From Azolla caroliniana (taxonomy: Eukaryota > Plantae > Polypodiophyta), in assembly GCA_043228905.1 (NCBI GenBank), contig JBHGNT010000139.1, positions 4,429-68,428 of the forward strand: DNA of 64,000 bases, in the 5' to 3' direction. The notes under the pieces were generated by a model. The model saw only the letters and a list, made by a program, of their open reading frames with translations. It searched no databases and was not told the origin of the DNA. Positions 52,601 to 64,000 of this stretch are shown here, in pieces. Within the stretch, counting starts at the first letter, position 1, and each line of letters opens with the position of its first letter. The position numbers and the translations under genes are program-made.

Positions 52601-55600
52601 ATGATGATGTTTGGAAACAAGTCCCTCTAGATGGGAAAGAGAGAGGAGCCAAGTTGATGAGTGACTATAAACTGAAATCGTGTAAATAGCCAACTCGGGA
52701 GACTATAATTGTAAATAGTCTAAGTGTGCGCCCCATGAGGGTTACATATGTAAATAGCCAGAAAGTTGTGTAAGTATATATACAACTAGGGCAAACTTAT
52801 GTGTGGGACGAATAGAGTTAGAACTGTAAAAACAAAATAGAGTGTGTAGAGAGAGAGTGTGTGTGAGAGTGTGAGAGAAGAAGGAAGAGTCGCGCCATAA
52901 TTGTGTGTGTAACAGTAGACGCGAAGAGCCCTATGTGGCTGATACACTTGACAGAGTGTTGTAATCTTCTCTGTATTGTATATACACTACATTATAGTGA
53001 TGAATCTGTTCACCTATGGTTTTTCCCCATTTTAGGGTTTCCACGTAAATCTCTGTGTATATTTGTTCATCTTGTTTTTTTTGGTGTATTTCTGTAATTC
53101 GTATTTCAGCATGTAGTTCGTTTATTGTGATCTATTCCGCATCGATTTCTCAACAAACTGGTATTAGAGCTTGAGGTGCAAGCATGGAAGGAGGTGTTAG
53201 CGAATTCCCAGGTATGATAGTTCTAAACTCTCAAAACTATGTAGACTGGAAGATCAAGATGGAAGACCTTCTCATAGTTAAAGATCTGTACGAGCTAGTC
53301 GACAGAGCAGAAATACCCAGGGGGGTATTGGAGTTGGAGTGGAAGCTTCTAAATAGGAAGGCGGTGGCCACAATCCAACAATGTGTCGATATAAGTGTCC
53401 TTCAGCATGTGGCGAACGACACGAATGCTCACGAGATGTGGCAGAAGCTGTTGGGTTTGTACGAGAGGAAGAACGCGCTCAATAGAACCTCGCTAATGAG
53501 AAAAATCGTAGGGCTGATACCGAGACAGTGAGAGCATCGTCGAACACATCAACACGTTCATGGGGTATGTAAATCAACTTGTTGCGACCAAGTTTCCCCT
53601 GGATGACGCAATGCAGGCCATCCTGCTGATGTGCACACTGCTAGAAAGTTGGGAGAACCTGGTGGTTACTCTCAACACCTCCTGTCAAGAAGAGAAATTC
53701 TCTTTTCAAACGATGAAGACAAGCATCCTGAATGAAGAGGCAAGGAGGAAACACAAAGGAGTCTTGTCCCAAACGGAGTCGAATCTGACTCAACATATGG
53801 ACAGAGGAAGGGACCGGCTAAGAAGAATTCCGCAGCGAACAGACCAATCCCACGCCAGATCGAAGTCCAGAGGTAAGCCTGTGTGCTTCTATTGCGGAAA
53901 AACCTGGACACTTCCAGAAGGACTGCCGACACATGAAGAAAGATAAGTCTGTCAGAAATAATGTCGAACCCCGGAAGATTCCGGATGAAAAGAACTCTTC
54001 GGCCATTGCTATGAGCAATGAGGAACTTTTGTTCATCTATGAACAGACAAGTGCAAATCTTGCAAGCGAAGAGTGCACTTGGGTGATCGACTCCGGCGCA
54101 TCCTTTCACATTACTCCGTCGAGAGAGTACTTCTCGACTTACATAGCCGGGGATCATGGCTATGTAAAGATGGGTGATAGTGGAGAGTGCAAGATAACTG
54201 GAGTCAGAAGTGTGTGCTTAACGACGTCGACAGGGTGTCGACTAACGTTGAAGGATGTTCGACACGTCCCCGATATCAGATTGAATCTAATATCGACTGG
54301 AAGGCTTGACGACGAAGGCTAAATGGTAGTTTTCATAATGGCAAGTGGAAGTTCTGCCGAGGAAATCTCATAGTGGCCCGAGCACAGAAAGAAGGCACAT
54401 TGTACATGATGCATGCCCGACTGTGCAAATCGGAAGTAAACGTGGCAGTCAACTCGGCAGGGGAGATATGGCATAAGAGGCTAGGCCACATGAGTGAGAA
54501 GGGAATGCACATGTTAGCCGACCAGGAACTTCTACCAGTAGTCAAGGGAGTGCACCTGGAGAAGCGTGTCAACTGCTTAGCTAGAAAGCAAAACAGGACG
54601 ACATTCCACACAAGACCACCGAGGAGAAGAGATGTTGCACTCAAACTAGTGCACACGGATGTGTGCTATGCGGATGCTCCATTGCATCAAGGAGGATAGT
54701 ACTTTGTAACGTTTATTGACGATTATAGTCAGAAGACATGGGCCTTCATACTAAAGTCGAAGGATCAAGTATTGTCGGTTTTCAAGGAGTTCCAGGCAAG
54801 AACCGAAAGAGAGTCGGTTCGGAAACTGAAGGTTGTCTGAACCGACAACGGTGGCGAGTAAAGAGGGCAGTTCGAGGAATACTGCAAGTGCCAAGGTATT
54901 CGGATCAAATACACACTGCCAAAGACCCCAGACTTGAATGGGCTTGCAAGGAGGATGAATCGAACAATCATGGAGAGAGTAAGGAGCATGCTCTCTCATG
55001 CGAAACTGCCGAAATCCTGTTGGGCTGAGGTGATGTACACATTGTCTATCTGATCAACAAGTCTCCCTCAGTGCCATTAAAGGGTGATGTCCCATAGAGG
55101 GTGTGGACAGGGAAGGATGTCTCCTACCAACACCTGAGGGTGTTTGGATGTTTGGCGTATATGCATGTAGCAAAGGATCAGAGGTCAAAGCTCGATAGCA
55201 AGTCGAAAGCATGCATATTCATGGGATACTCAAAAGATGAGTTCGGCTATAGGTTGTGGGACTTAGTCGACAAGAAGGTAGTGAGAAGTCGGGATGTTGT
55301 CTTTCTAGAAGACAAGACAATTGAAGACTGGAAGCAACACAAGTCGGAACCGACTCCCCAGTCAACCTCGACTACCATCGACTTAAGGCCAAGTGTGTCG
55401 TCACCGGCAGCTGTAAGGAGACAGCTGGCCGATAGAGCCAAATCCGAGTCGGTTGACTCGGAAAGACCGACAGTCTATGAGTCGGAGTCGACAGATCTGC
55501 TAAAATCAATTGAGGAATATGAGTTGGAGTTGTCCAACCTGGAGATGCCGATTGATGAGCAGAATCCCATGCAAAGAGAAGAGTTGGCAAAGGCATCCGG

Positions 55601-58600
55601 AAAAGAGTCAACAACGAGTGGACGAAGGTACCCACTCAAAGAAAGAAAGGCACCAACCACATATGCCAGTCAATACGTCCTCTTGACTGATGACGGTGAG
55701 CCGGTGTGCTATGAAGAAGCCACTGCCGACGAGAGTAGAGAAAAATGGTTGAACGTGATGCAAGAGGAGATGGAATCCTTGCACACGAATTACACCCACG
55801 ACCTAGTAGAGCTGCCGAAAGGTAAGAGAGCACTCAAGAATAAATGGGTCTACAAGGTGAAGACTGGAGAAGTCGACAGCGAGCCCAGGTATAAAGCCCG
55901 CATAGTGGTGAAGGGTTTCCAACATAAGAAGGGCGTCAACTTTGACGAAATATTCGCACCAGTCGTGAAGATGACATCCATACGAATTGTTCTGATCATA
56001 GCGGCCAACATGGATCTGGAGGTCGAACAGTTGGATGTCAAAACCGCATTTCTGCACGGGGAACTAAAGGAAGAAATCTACATGCAACAACCCAAAGCCT
56101 TTGAGGAAAAAGGGAAAGAGAATATGGTGTGTCGACTGAGGAAAAGCTTGTACGGACTGAAACAAGCTCCACGCCAATGGTACAAGAAATTTGAGTCCTT
56201 CATGATGGAACATCAGTTCTAGAAAACACAGGTTGATCACTGTGTGTTCGTCAAAAGGTACGAGGAAGGAGATTTCTTGATTCTCTTGTTATACGTTGAT
56301 GACATGTTGCAAGGAAGATTGGAAGCTTGAAGAAAGCTCTCGGCAAATCATTTGCCATGAAAGACCTCGGACCAACAAAGCAGATCCTAGGAATGCACAT
56401 AACCCGAGACAGAGCTCGGAAGATGCTATGGTTGTCACAACAGAAGTATGTGATGAAGATCCTAGAGAGGTTCAACATGCCGAATGCAAAGCCGGTCGGC
56501 TCTGTGTTGTCGACAAACTACAGATTAAATGCGAAGCAGTGTCCGAAAGGGCAGAAGGAAAAGGCTGAGATGAAGAAGGTACCATATGCCTTAGCCGTCG
56601 GCAGTCTAATGTATGCTATGGTCTGTACGAGACCGGACATAGCATTTGTTGTAGGAGCAGTAAGCCGATATATGAGTAATCCAGGGAGAGAACACAGGGA
56701 TACTCAGGTACTTAAAGGGCACCTCAGGGGTGTGCCTAAGGTATGGTGTCGGAAAACCTGTGCTGGGAGGTTTTACCGATTCAGACATGCCAGGAGATGT
56801 CGACTCATGTTGATCCACGTAAGGGTACATGATGAACTATGCAGGGGGAGCAATGTTGTGGCAGTCACGACTGCAGAAGTATATGGCAGCAGTAGAAGCC
56901 GGAAAAGAGCTGATCTGGATAAGAAATTTTCTCACAGAATTAGGCATGAAGCAAAAGGAGTTCTTGCTTCATTGTGACAACCAAAGCGCCATACACCTAG
57001 CCAAGAACACGACATATCACTCCCAAACCAAGCACATACAGAGAAGGTATCACTGGTTGCGGGAGAGAGTTGAAGAAGGAGAATTTGCTCTTTAGAAGAT
57101 CCATACTGACGACAATGAATCCGACATGTTGACGAAGAACCTACCTTTGGACAAACTCAGAGTCTGTCGACAAAATACAGGACTGACAGATTTCCTTGCA
57201 CAGGAGTGAAGGGGGAGTTTGTTAGGAATATGTCCCTCTAGTGGGAGGAAGAACCGATTGATCGGAAAACCGACCGTCGATGACAGGGAAGATCCGACTG
57301 TTCGGAAAGCCAACAGTTGAAGAGTTGAAAACAGTGAGTCGACTGTTTGTGAATTCGACTATTATTATTATGGTAATAATAATGATGATGTTTGGAAACA
57401 AGTCCCTCTAGATGGGAAAGAGAGAGGAGCCGAGTTGATGAGTGACTATAAACCGGAATTGTGTAAATAGCCAACTCGGGAGACTATAATTGTAAATAGT
57501 CTAAGTGTGCACCCCATGAGGCTTATGTATGTAAATAGCCAGAAAGTTGTGTAAGTATATATACAACTAGGGCAAACTTATGTGTGTGACGAATAGAGTT
57601 AGAACTGTAGAAACAGAATAGAGTGTGTAGAGAGAGAGTGTGTGAGAGAGAAGAAGGAAGAGTCGCGCCATAGCTGTGTGTGTAACAGCAGACGCGAAGA
57701 TCCTTGTGCGGCTGATACACTCGACAAAGTGTTGTAATCTTCTTTGTATTGTATATCCACTATATTATAGTGAAGAATTTGTTCACCCGTGGTTTTTCCC
57801 CGTTTTAGGGTTTCCACGTAAATCTCTGTGTATATTTGTTCATTTTGTCTTTTCTGGTGTATTTCTATAATTCGTATTTCAGCGCATAGTTCGTTTATTG
57901 TGATCTATTCCGCATCGATTTCTCAACAGAACCCAGATGTGGTAGAACGCACACGCCCCCAAGAACCTCTGCACCTCTGTTACCGACTTGCACTCCTCCT
58001 TCATCGCGGAAATGGCTTTGACCTTTGCCGGAGAGGGTTTCCGGCCATAAGGCCCGCACAAGTGTCTGACGACCATGATTTCCGACTTCTCCCTGGAAAA
58101 GGTGAGTCGCGCGCCTTCCAACCTTTGTAGCACCTTGTCATAGTCTGCGATGTGGTCCGAGACGAATTTTTGATACCCGTCCGGTCTAACCGTTTCGTCC
58201 TTATCCTCCACCGGACATCCCTTGATCGGGATGTCATCCAAGAACGACATGGTGATGTTTGGGATGCAGTCCCTCAGCACTTTGTTCATTGCATTCACCA
58301 TGTGCACCACTGAGTTTGTCCCTCCTTGCGGCAGGGTACACATCTGCACTAAGCCGAAAGGAGTCCGCATTGTCGTAATATCCCTACTCTCTACAACTAG
58401 TTAGAATAGGTCGTACCCCGAGTACAAATCCCCGATTGAGCAAATTGACCTTCCGGCAAAGGCCTCTGCGAACTCGTCAATGGTCGGTCCAATTCTTGTG
58501 TTCCAAATGGTCACCCTGTTGACCAGCTGCAGGTCCTGAATAAAGCGCAACGTGCCGTTCTTCTTTGGCACGATAAACCACCGATTCGAGTATGGGTCAC

Positions 58601-59284
58601 TCAACGGTTCGAGGACGCCCATCTACACCTTCTGCTTCAGTAGCTCCATCAACTTCGGGATGTGGGCTCTAGGCACCGGAATCGGCTTGAGATTCCACGG
58701 TACATGTGGTACTGTGAAGATCACCATTGGTTCCATGATTATCGGGTCTATGCATCTGATCTCCCCCGGTGTGAATGCGAAGGCCCTCCCGTGCCTTTCA
58801 AGCATTCCCCGAAACCGGTCCTCCTCCACCGGCAGTAGAAAGCCACCCCCACCGACCTTGAGCTCTCGTAGCATTACGTCAGTGAACCGGTGTCCTATGT
58901 CGGTCGGATCTCGTAAACTTGGGTCCGACGCAACCCCTTTCATTCGCAACTCACTGCCCTTCGGCAAGGGTGCCGCAACTGGCCTCACCTTCCGTTCCAC
59001 GGTCTCATACTTCGTATGCACATGGGCCATCCGATCCAACTCGACCCTCTCCCCGAAGTCGGCGATAACTTCATACATCATTCCTAAACTAACCGGAATC
59101 ATCTGGTCTGTGTTGAGGCCTTCTTCGAACACCTTCTTTAACTCCCCCAAGGTGTCATTGAAAGAGACCGCCTCCACGACTCCACCAATCTCATCATCGG
59201 GGCCCAGGACTCTGCACGCCTTGAGTCGTCCCTCCGCCCGTTTCTTCTCCCGGCCGCTAATGCCGGTCATCGTACAATCTCCGC
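49666..59284 (-). mobile_element. Duplicate copy of the Ty3/gypsy element (LTR 49666-50391)
   Basis: Near-identical to 33846-43464 at offset +15820. Confidence 0.92.
52439..57928 (+). mobile_element. Duplicate copy of the full-length copia element, with the same GAACC TSD
   Basis: Near-identical to 36619-42108 with identical flanks, so it was copied by duplication rather than by retrotransposition. Confidence 0.96.
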
Positions 59285-59490
59285 TGTCAGAGAACCAAAA
59301 TTTCTTGTCTATAGTATAGGGCTTCCTGTCGAATACATGTGTATAATGGACGTATTCACACTATCTCGTCTTGGCCATTTATGTAATTAGCATAAAGGGT
59401 AGTTGCCCTAAGTCGGTCACTATATATATTGACCTTGTAACCTTTTTGTAAGGTTGGCTGTTGTATTATTGCTTTGGGAAATAGAAAGTT

Positions 59491-59531
<41 letters not shown>

Positions 59532-62500
59532 AACGACCTACATTCTGTCATACGCAGGAGAAGAACAGAACTGAATGCTTCAAGATCTTCCGCATTGACG
59601 ACCTCGCTTCCAACATCTGGTATCAGAGCCTGCACAGTAGTCGGTCCCTCAATCCGCTGTCGGCCGTCGTCTCAGCATTCGGTTTCCTGCGTCATTCGAA
59701 GAAGAGAGAGGAAGAAGAAAAAAAAAAAAACCAGGTTTGCATCTCATCGCGTTAGATCATCTTTGTTTGGAGTAAGCCAGCAGGCTGTACTCCGTTCCTT
59801 GTGATTGTAACCGCTCGAGGTGAAATCCCCTCGTGCAACATTGACACGATTCGTGCTCCATTCGGTTAAACGGCATCCGAAGAGGTCATCAAACGCCGCT
59901 CGCTGTAACCACTCGGTGCAGATCGGTCTCAAGACAACAACCCCAAATTCGTGCTTCATCAGGCTGATCGACATTCGAGAGGATCAGTTAGATCCATCTC
60001 TCTCGTTGCTGCAGTCACCCGAAGCAGAATCGGTCCAGATAATCGGTTTTAATAATCGGTATTCGGCATATATATCCGAAGCGAACCGGGCTCACTCCGA
60101 CTCGGCAACATTCGGGAAGACCAGTCGGCTCTGTCCCTCAAGCTACCGAAGTCAATTCGAGCAAGTTCCGAAGCCGAACCGACTCGGGTTCAAACCCGAC
60201 TAGAACAATATCGGGTGAGCCAACCGGCTGCACTCCAACAAGGTCCGTAGTCAACTCCGAACCGAGCTTCGTTAACCAAAACCGAATTTGATGGCATCAA
60301 CATCCGGCTCGTCAGAAATGAGTCTACGAAAGTTCGATGGATCGAACTTCAACTTCTGGAAGGAACAAATGCAAGACTATCTCATAGTCAAGGGGCAAAT
60401 CGATCCCATCGAAAATGAAGAACCTCCAGAAGGATACAAACCAATTGAGTGGCAGAAGCTGGACAGAATCGTCCGCGCCACGATTCGGATGCACCTATCG
60501 GAATCGGTATACTTTACGGTGCAATCGTGTACGACAGCATTTGAACTGTGGAAAACACTGTCGGACACTTACGAAAAGAAGGTCGCCGCAACAAAGATGT
60601 TTCTGATCCGGCGCCTCTACAACTTGCGGATGAAAGAATCCGACTCGGTTCAAGCACACCTCAATGAGTACGAAAGCATAAGCTCCCAAATCTCGTCACA
60701 GGGGACGGCAATCGAGGATGAACTCAGAGCAATGATACTCATGAGCAGCCTTCCCTCATCATGGGAAACTTTCGTCACAACCGTGTGCAACGCGTCAACC
60801 ACGGCTGTTAAATACTCCGAAGTCACGAGGGCAATCCTGACCGAAGCAGCTCGGAGAAAGTCTTTCGCCAAAGACTCAACAGACGACGCTTACGTAGTAC
60901 AAGGTTCGACAGACCGATCGAACATACGAGGAAGAGATTCCTCACGGCCGCCGAACAATCAGCGAAGACGGAGCCAGTCACGGGATAACCGAATCTGCAA
61001 CTACTGCAAGAAACCCGGACACATCAAAGCCGACTGCCGCGCACTCAAGAACAAGAACAACAAGAAGAGTGGCCGGCATGAGGAGATCAATTACGTCGGC
61101 TTCTCAGCTGATGTGCTACCAGACGACCCGAACATACTATCAATCGAAAATCCAGTTGGCTCAGAAGTTCTGCTCACGACTGAAGAATCGAGCACATGGC
61201 TCTTGGATTCGGGCGCGTCGTTTCACGTGACTCCTCATCGATCCCAATTTCGGCAATACACGATCCGTCACTCCGACTCAGTTCGGGTCGGTAACTCGCA
61301 ACACTGTGACATCATCGGAATCGGCACAGTAGAGCTCAACCTTGCAGGTGGCTCTACACTTGTACTCCACAATGTCCGACATGTACCCGAGCTCTCACGG
61401 CCATTGATCTCAGTCGGACAACTAGATGAAGACGGCATTCGTGCCGGTTTTTCTTCGGGAGGGTGGACACTCCACAGGGGGAACCTCCTGCTTGCTAGAG
61501 GACCCAAGATACACTCCCTGTATCCGTTACATGTTACGCTCAGAGAGGGTAACCTGTTTTTGGTGGATATTCCTGTGTCATCACTATGGCACCGAAGATT
61601 AGGACACCTCAGCAAGGCCGGCATCACGCACCTATCTAGAGCCGGATACATCCCCAAACTCTCCTTCTCCGACCATCAATTCTGCGAGCATTGCCAGTAT
61701 GGCAAACAAGCAGCCACATCACACCCGACATCAGCACCAAGAGAATCGAGACCTCTCGATTTGGTCCACTCGGACGTCTGTGGCCCAATGCCGCATCAGT
61801 CTCTCGGTGGTGCCTCTTACTTCGTCACTTTTATTGACGATTCGACTCGAAAGGTGTGGGCTTATCCAATTCGCACCAAAGATCGGGTCTTCTCGATCTT
61901 CACCGATTGGCTCGCTATGGTAGAAAATCAAACCGACCGAAAGCTGAAATGCCTTCGGACAGACAATGGGGGAGAGTTTAAATCTGAAGAATTCGTCAAA
62001 TTCTGCCGACAACGCGGCATCCGACGAGAATTTACGGCACCACACAGTCCGGAGCAAAACGGGATTGCCGAACGCATGAATCGGACAATCCAAGAACGGA
62101 CAGTTTCCATGCTCCAACACTCCGGACTGTCGGATGGCTTCTGGGCAGAGGCTCTACTCACGGCAGTACACATAATCAATATGTCGCCAAGTAGACCTCT
62201 AGGACTTCAAATTCCTCAGGAACTATGGATCGGCAGTAAGCCGAATTACGACAAGCTGAGGATCTTCGGATGCGAGGCGTACACCCTTATTCCGAAAGAT
62301 GATCGCCGAAAACTTGCACCTCGGTCCAGGAAATGCATTTTCCTTGGATATGGATCCAACGGCGAAATGGGATACCGACTCTGGGACCCCGAACGCAGAC
62401 AAATCGTTCGAAGTTCGGACGTTGTGTTCAACGAGTCGGCCATGAATCCATCAGTCGAAAAACCGATCGAAGTCCGAAGGGTAACCTTTTCCGATGTGCC

Positions 62501-64000
62501 GACCCTTCAAGAAGGCCCCGCTCTCAACACACGGTCAGCTTCACGGGTAGCTGAACCTTACACTACCGACTCGGACAACTCCGACTCGGCACAGCAGAAC
62601 AATCCGCTTTCGGACCATCCGACCACGATACCCGATGCGACCAGTCCAATCATGCCTCGACGATCCGAGAGACTGTCGCAACCTCCGGAGAGGTATTCTC
62701 CTGGAATTTTCTTCACCGACGCCGGCGAACCGACGTCTTACGAAGAAGCATCGACATCCGTCGATTCAGCCACCTGGCATCTGGCGATGGAGTCGGAAAT
62801 GCACTCCATTCGGGCAAACAAGACTTGGGATCTGGTCGAATTACCTAGGAACCGACGTGCTCTTCCTTGCAAGTGGGTTTATCGACTAAAAGAGACGTCT
62901 GATTCGACCACCCCAAAGTACAAGGCCAGACTAGTTGCGAAGGGCTTCCGACAAGAATACGGCGTCGACTTCGACGAGATTTTTTCACCAGTGGTGAAAA
63001 TGACAACCCTTCGTTTCCTACTCGGCGTAGTGGCAGCCGACAACTTGGAGCTGATTCAGCTAGATGTCAAAACAGCATTCCTCCATGGTGATCTAGACGA
63101 GGAAATTTATATGGAGCAGCCAAAAGGCTTCGTGGCGACTGGCCAAGAACATCTAGTCTGCCGACTCAGGAAGAGTCTATACGGCCTCAAACAGGCTGCC
63201 GACTCAGGAAGAGTCTATACGGCCTCAAACAGGCACCGCGACAATGGTACAAGAAGTTCGACGACTTCATCACATCGATCGGCTTCTCAAAAAGCGATGA
63301 GGACCATTGTCTCTTCACCAACACAGCTCAAGATGGATCACCCATCTTCCTCATCATTTACGTGGACGACATGCTAATTTCTGGACGCCACGCGGGCGAA
63401 CTTGCCGATCTCATTCGGCAACTGCGGTTGAAGTTTGCCATGAAGGATCTCGGTCCGGCACGACACATACTCGGCATGAAGATCAGTCGGCATCGCGACA
63501 AACGACACCTTTTTTTGTCTCAGACCGACTATATCGGACGTGTCTTGGAACGCTTCAACATGCAATCAGTCAAATCTGCTTCAACCCCGCTCCCTATGAA
63601 TCTTCGGCTCTCTCAGCGAGACTGCCCGACATCCGGTCCGGAGGGGGAAGATATGAAGTCGGTACGTATGCACCGGCAGTCGGCTCCCTTATGTACCTGA
63701 TGGTCGCGACACGGCCTGATATCTCTCATGCCGTAGGAGTCGTTAGCAGATTTATGCACAATCCTGGCCGATCGCATTGGAACGCAGTCAAGCATGTGTT
63801 CAGATATCTGGCTGGCACAAAAGACCATGGCATTCTTTTCGGACCGAACCGAACCTCAGGCGTAGTCGGTTACACCGACTCGGACTTCGCCGGCTGTATA
63901 GACAGTCGGAAATCAACAACCGGATACTGCTTCAAATTCGGCAATGGAGCAATCTCGTGGAAGTCGAAACTTCAGGAGTGCACAGCGACCTCAACGACCG
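59285..64000 (+). mobile_element. Second copia element, copy 2; polyprotein frameshifted in RT; continues off-window
   Basis: ORF 60291-63377 loses frame at a 38-bp tandem duplication (63159-63196 / 63197-63234). Downstream RT/RH sequence (GSLMYLMVATRPD, GYTDSDFAG, GAISWKSKLQ) is present to the window end. Confidence 0.94.

Larger units (their letters stand above)
31908..63587 (+). repeat. Head-to-tail tandem segmental duplication: copy 1 at 31908-47729, copy 2 at 47730-63587
   Basis: All ORFs recur at +15820. The junction CTTCAACCC|AGACCAAGGGC at 47729/47730 joins copia RT to LINE 3' sequence. Confidence 0.97.

Noticed and set aside
52439-57928. Independent second insertion of an active copia family
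   Set aside because: It has the same TSD, flanks and disabling mutations as 36619-42108, so it is part of the segmental duplication.

Overview
Eukaryotic nuclear DNA from a land plant; gene content and intron style suggest a non-seed plant such as a fern, but that is inference. The first ~27.5 kb holds four intron-containing host genes: NDUFB8 (+, 5' end off-window, with a decayed copia and a nested solo LTR in intron 2), an At2g44970-like alpha/beta hydrolase (+), an isobutyryl-CoA dehydrogenase ACAD8/IBD (+) and histone H2A.X (-). It also holds a fold-back MITE, an unidentified spliced pseudogene, and a tandem array upstream of ACAD8 that duplicates the gene's own start-codon region. From ~27.8 kb the window is a retroelement nest: a degenerate RTEX-like LINE, then a minus-strand Ty3/gypsy interrupted by a full-length copia and ending against a second, younger copia. 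The block 31908-47729 is repeated head-to-tail as a near-identical ~15.8 kb tandem duplication. I found no prokaryote-type systems such as CRISPR, and nothing that I can show is a wholly new biological system.
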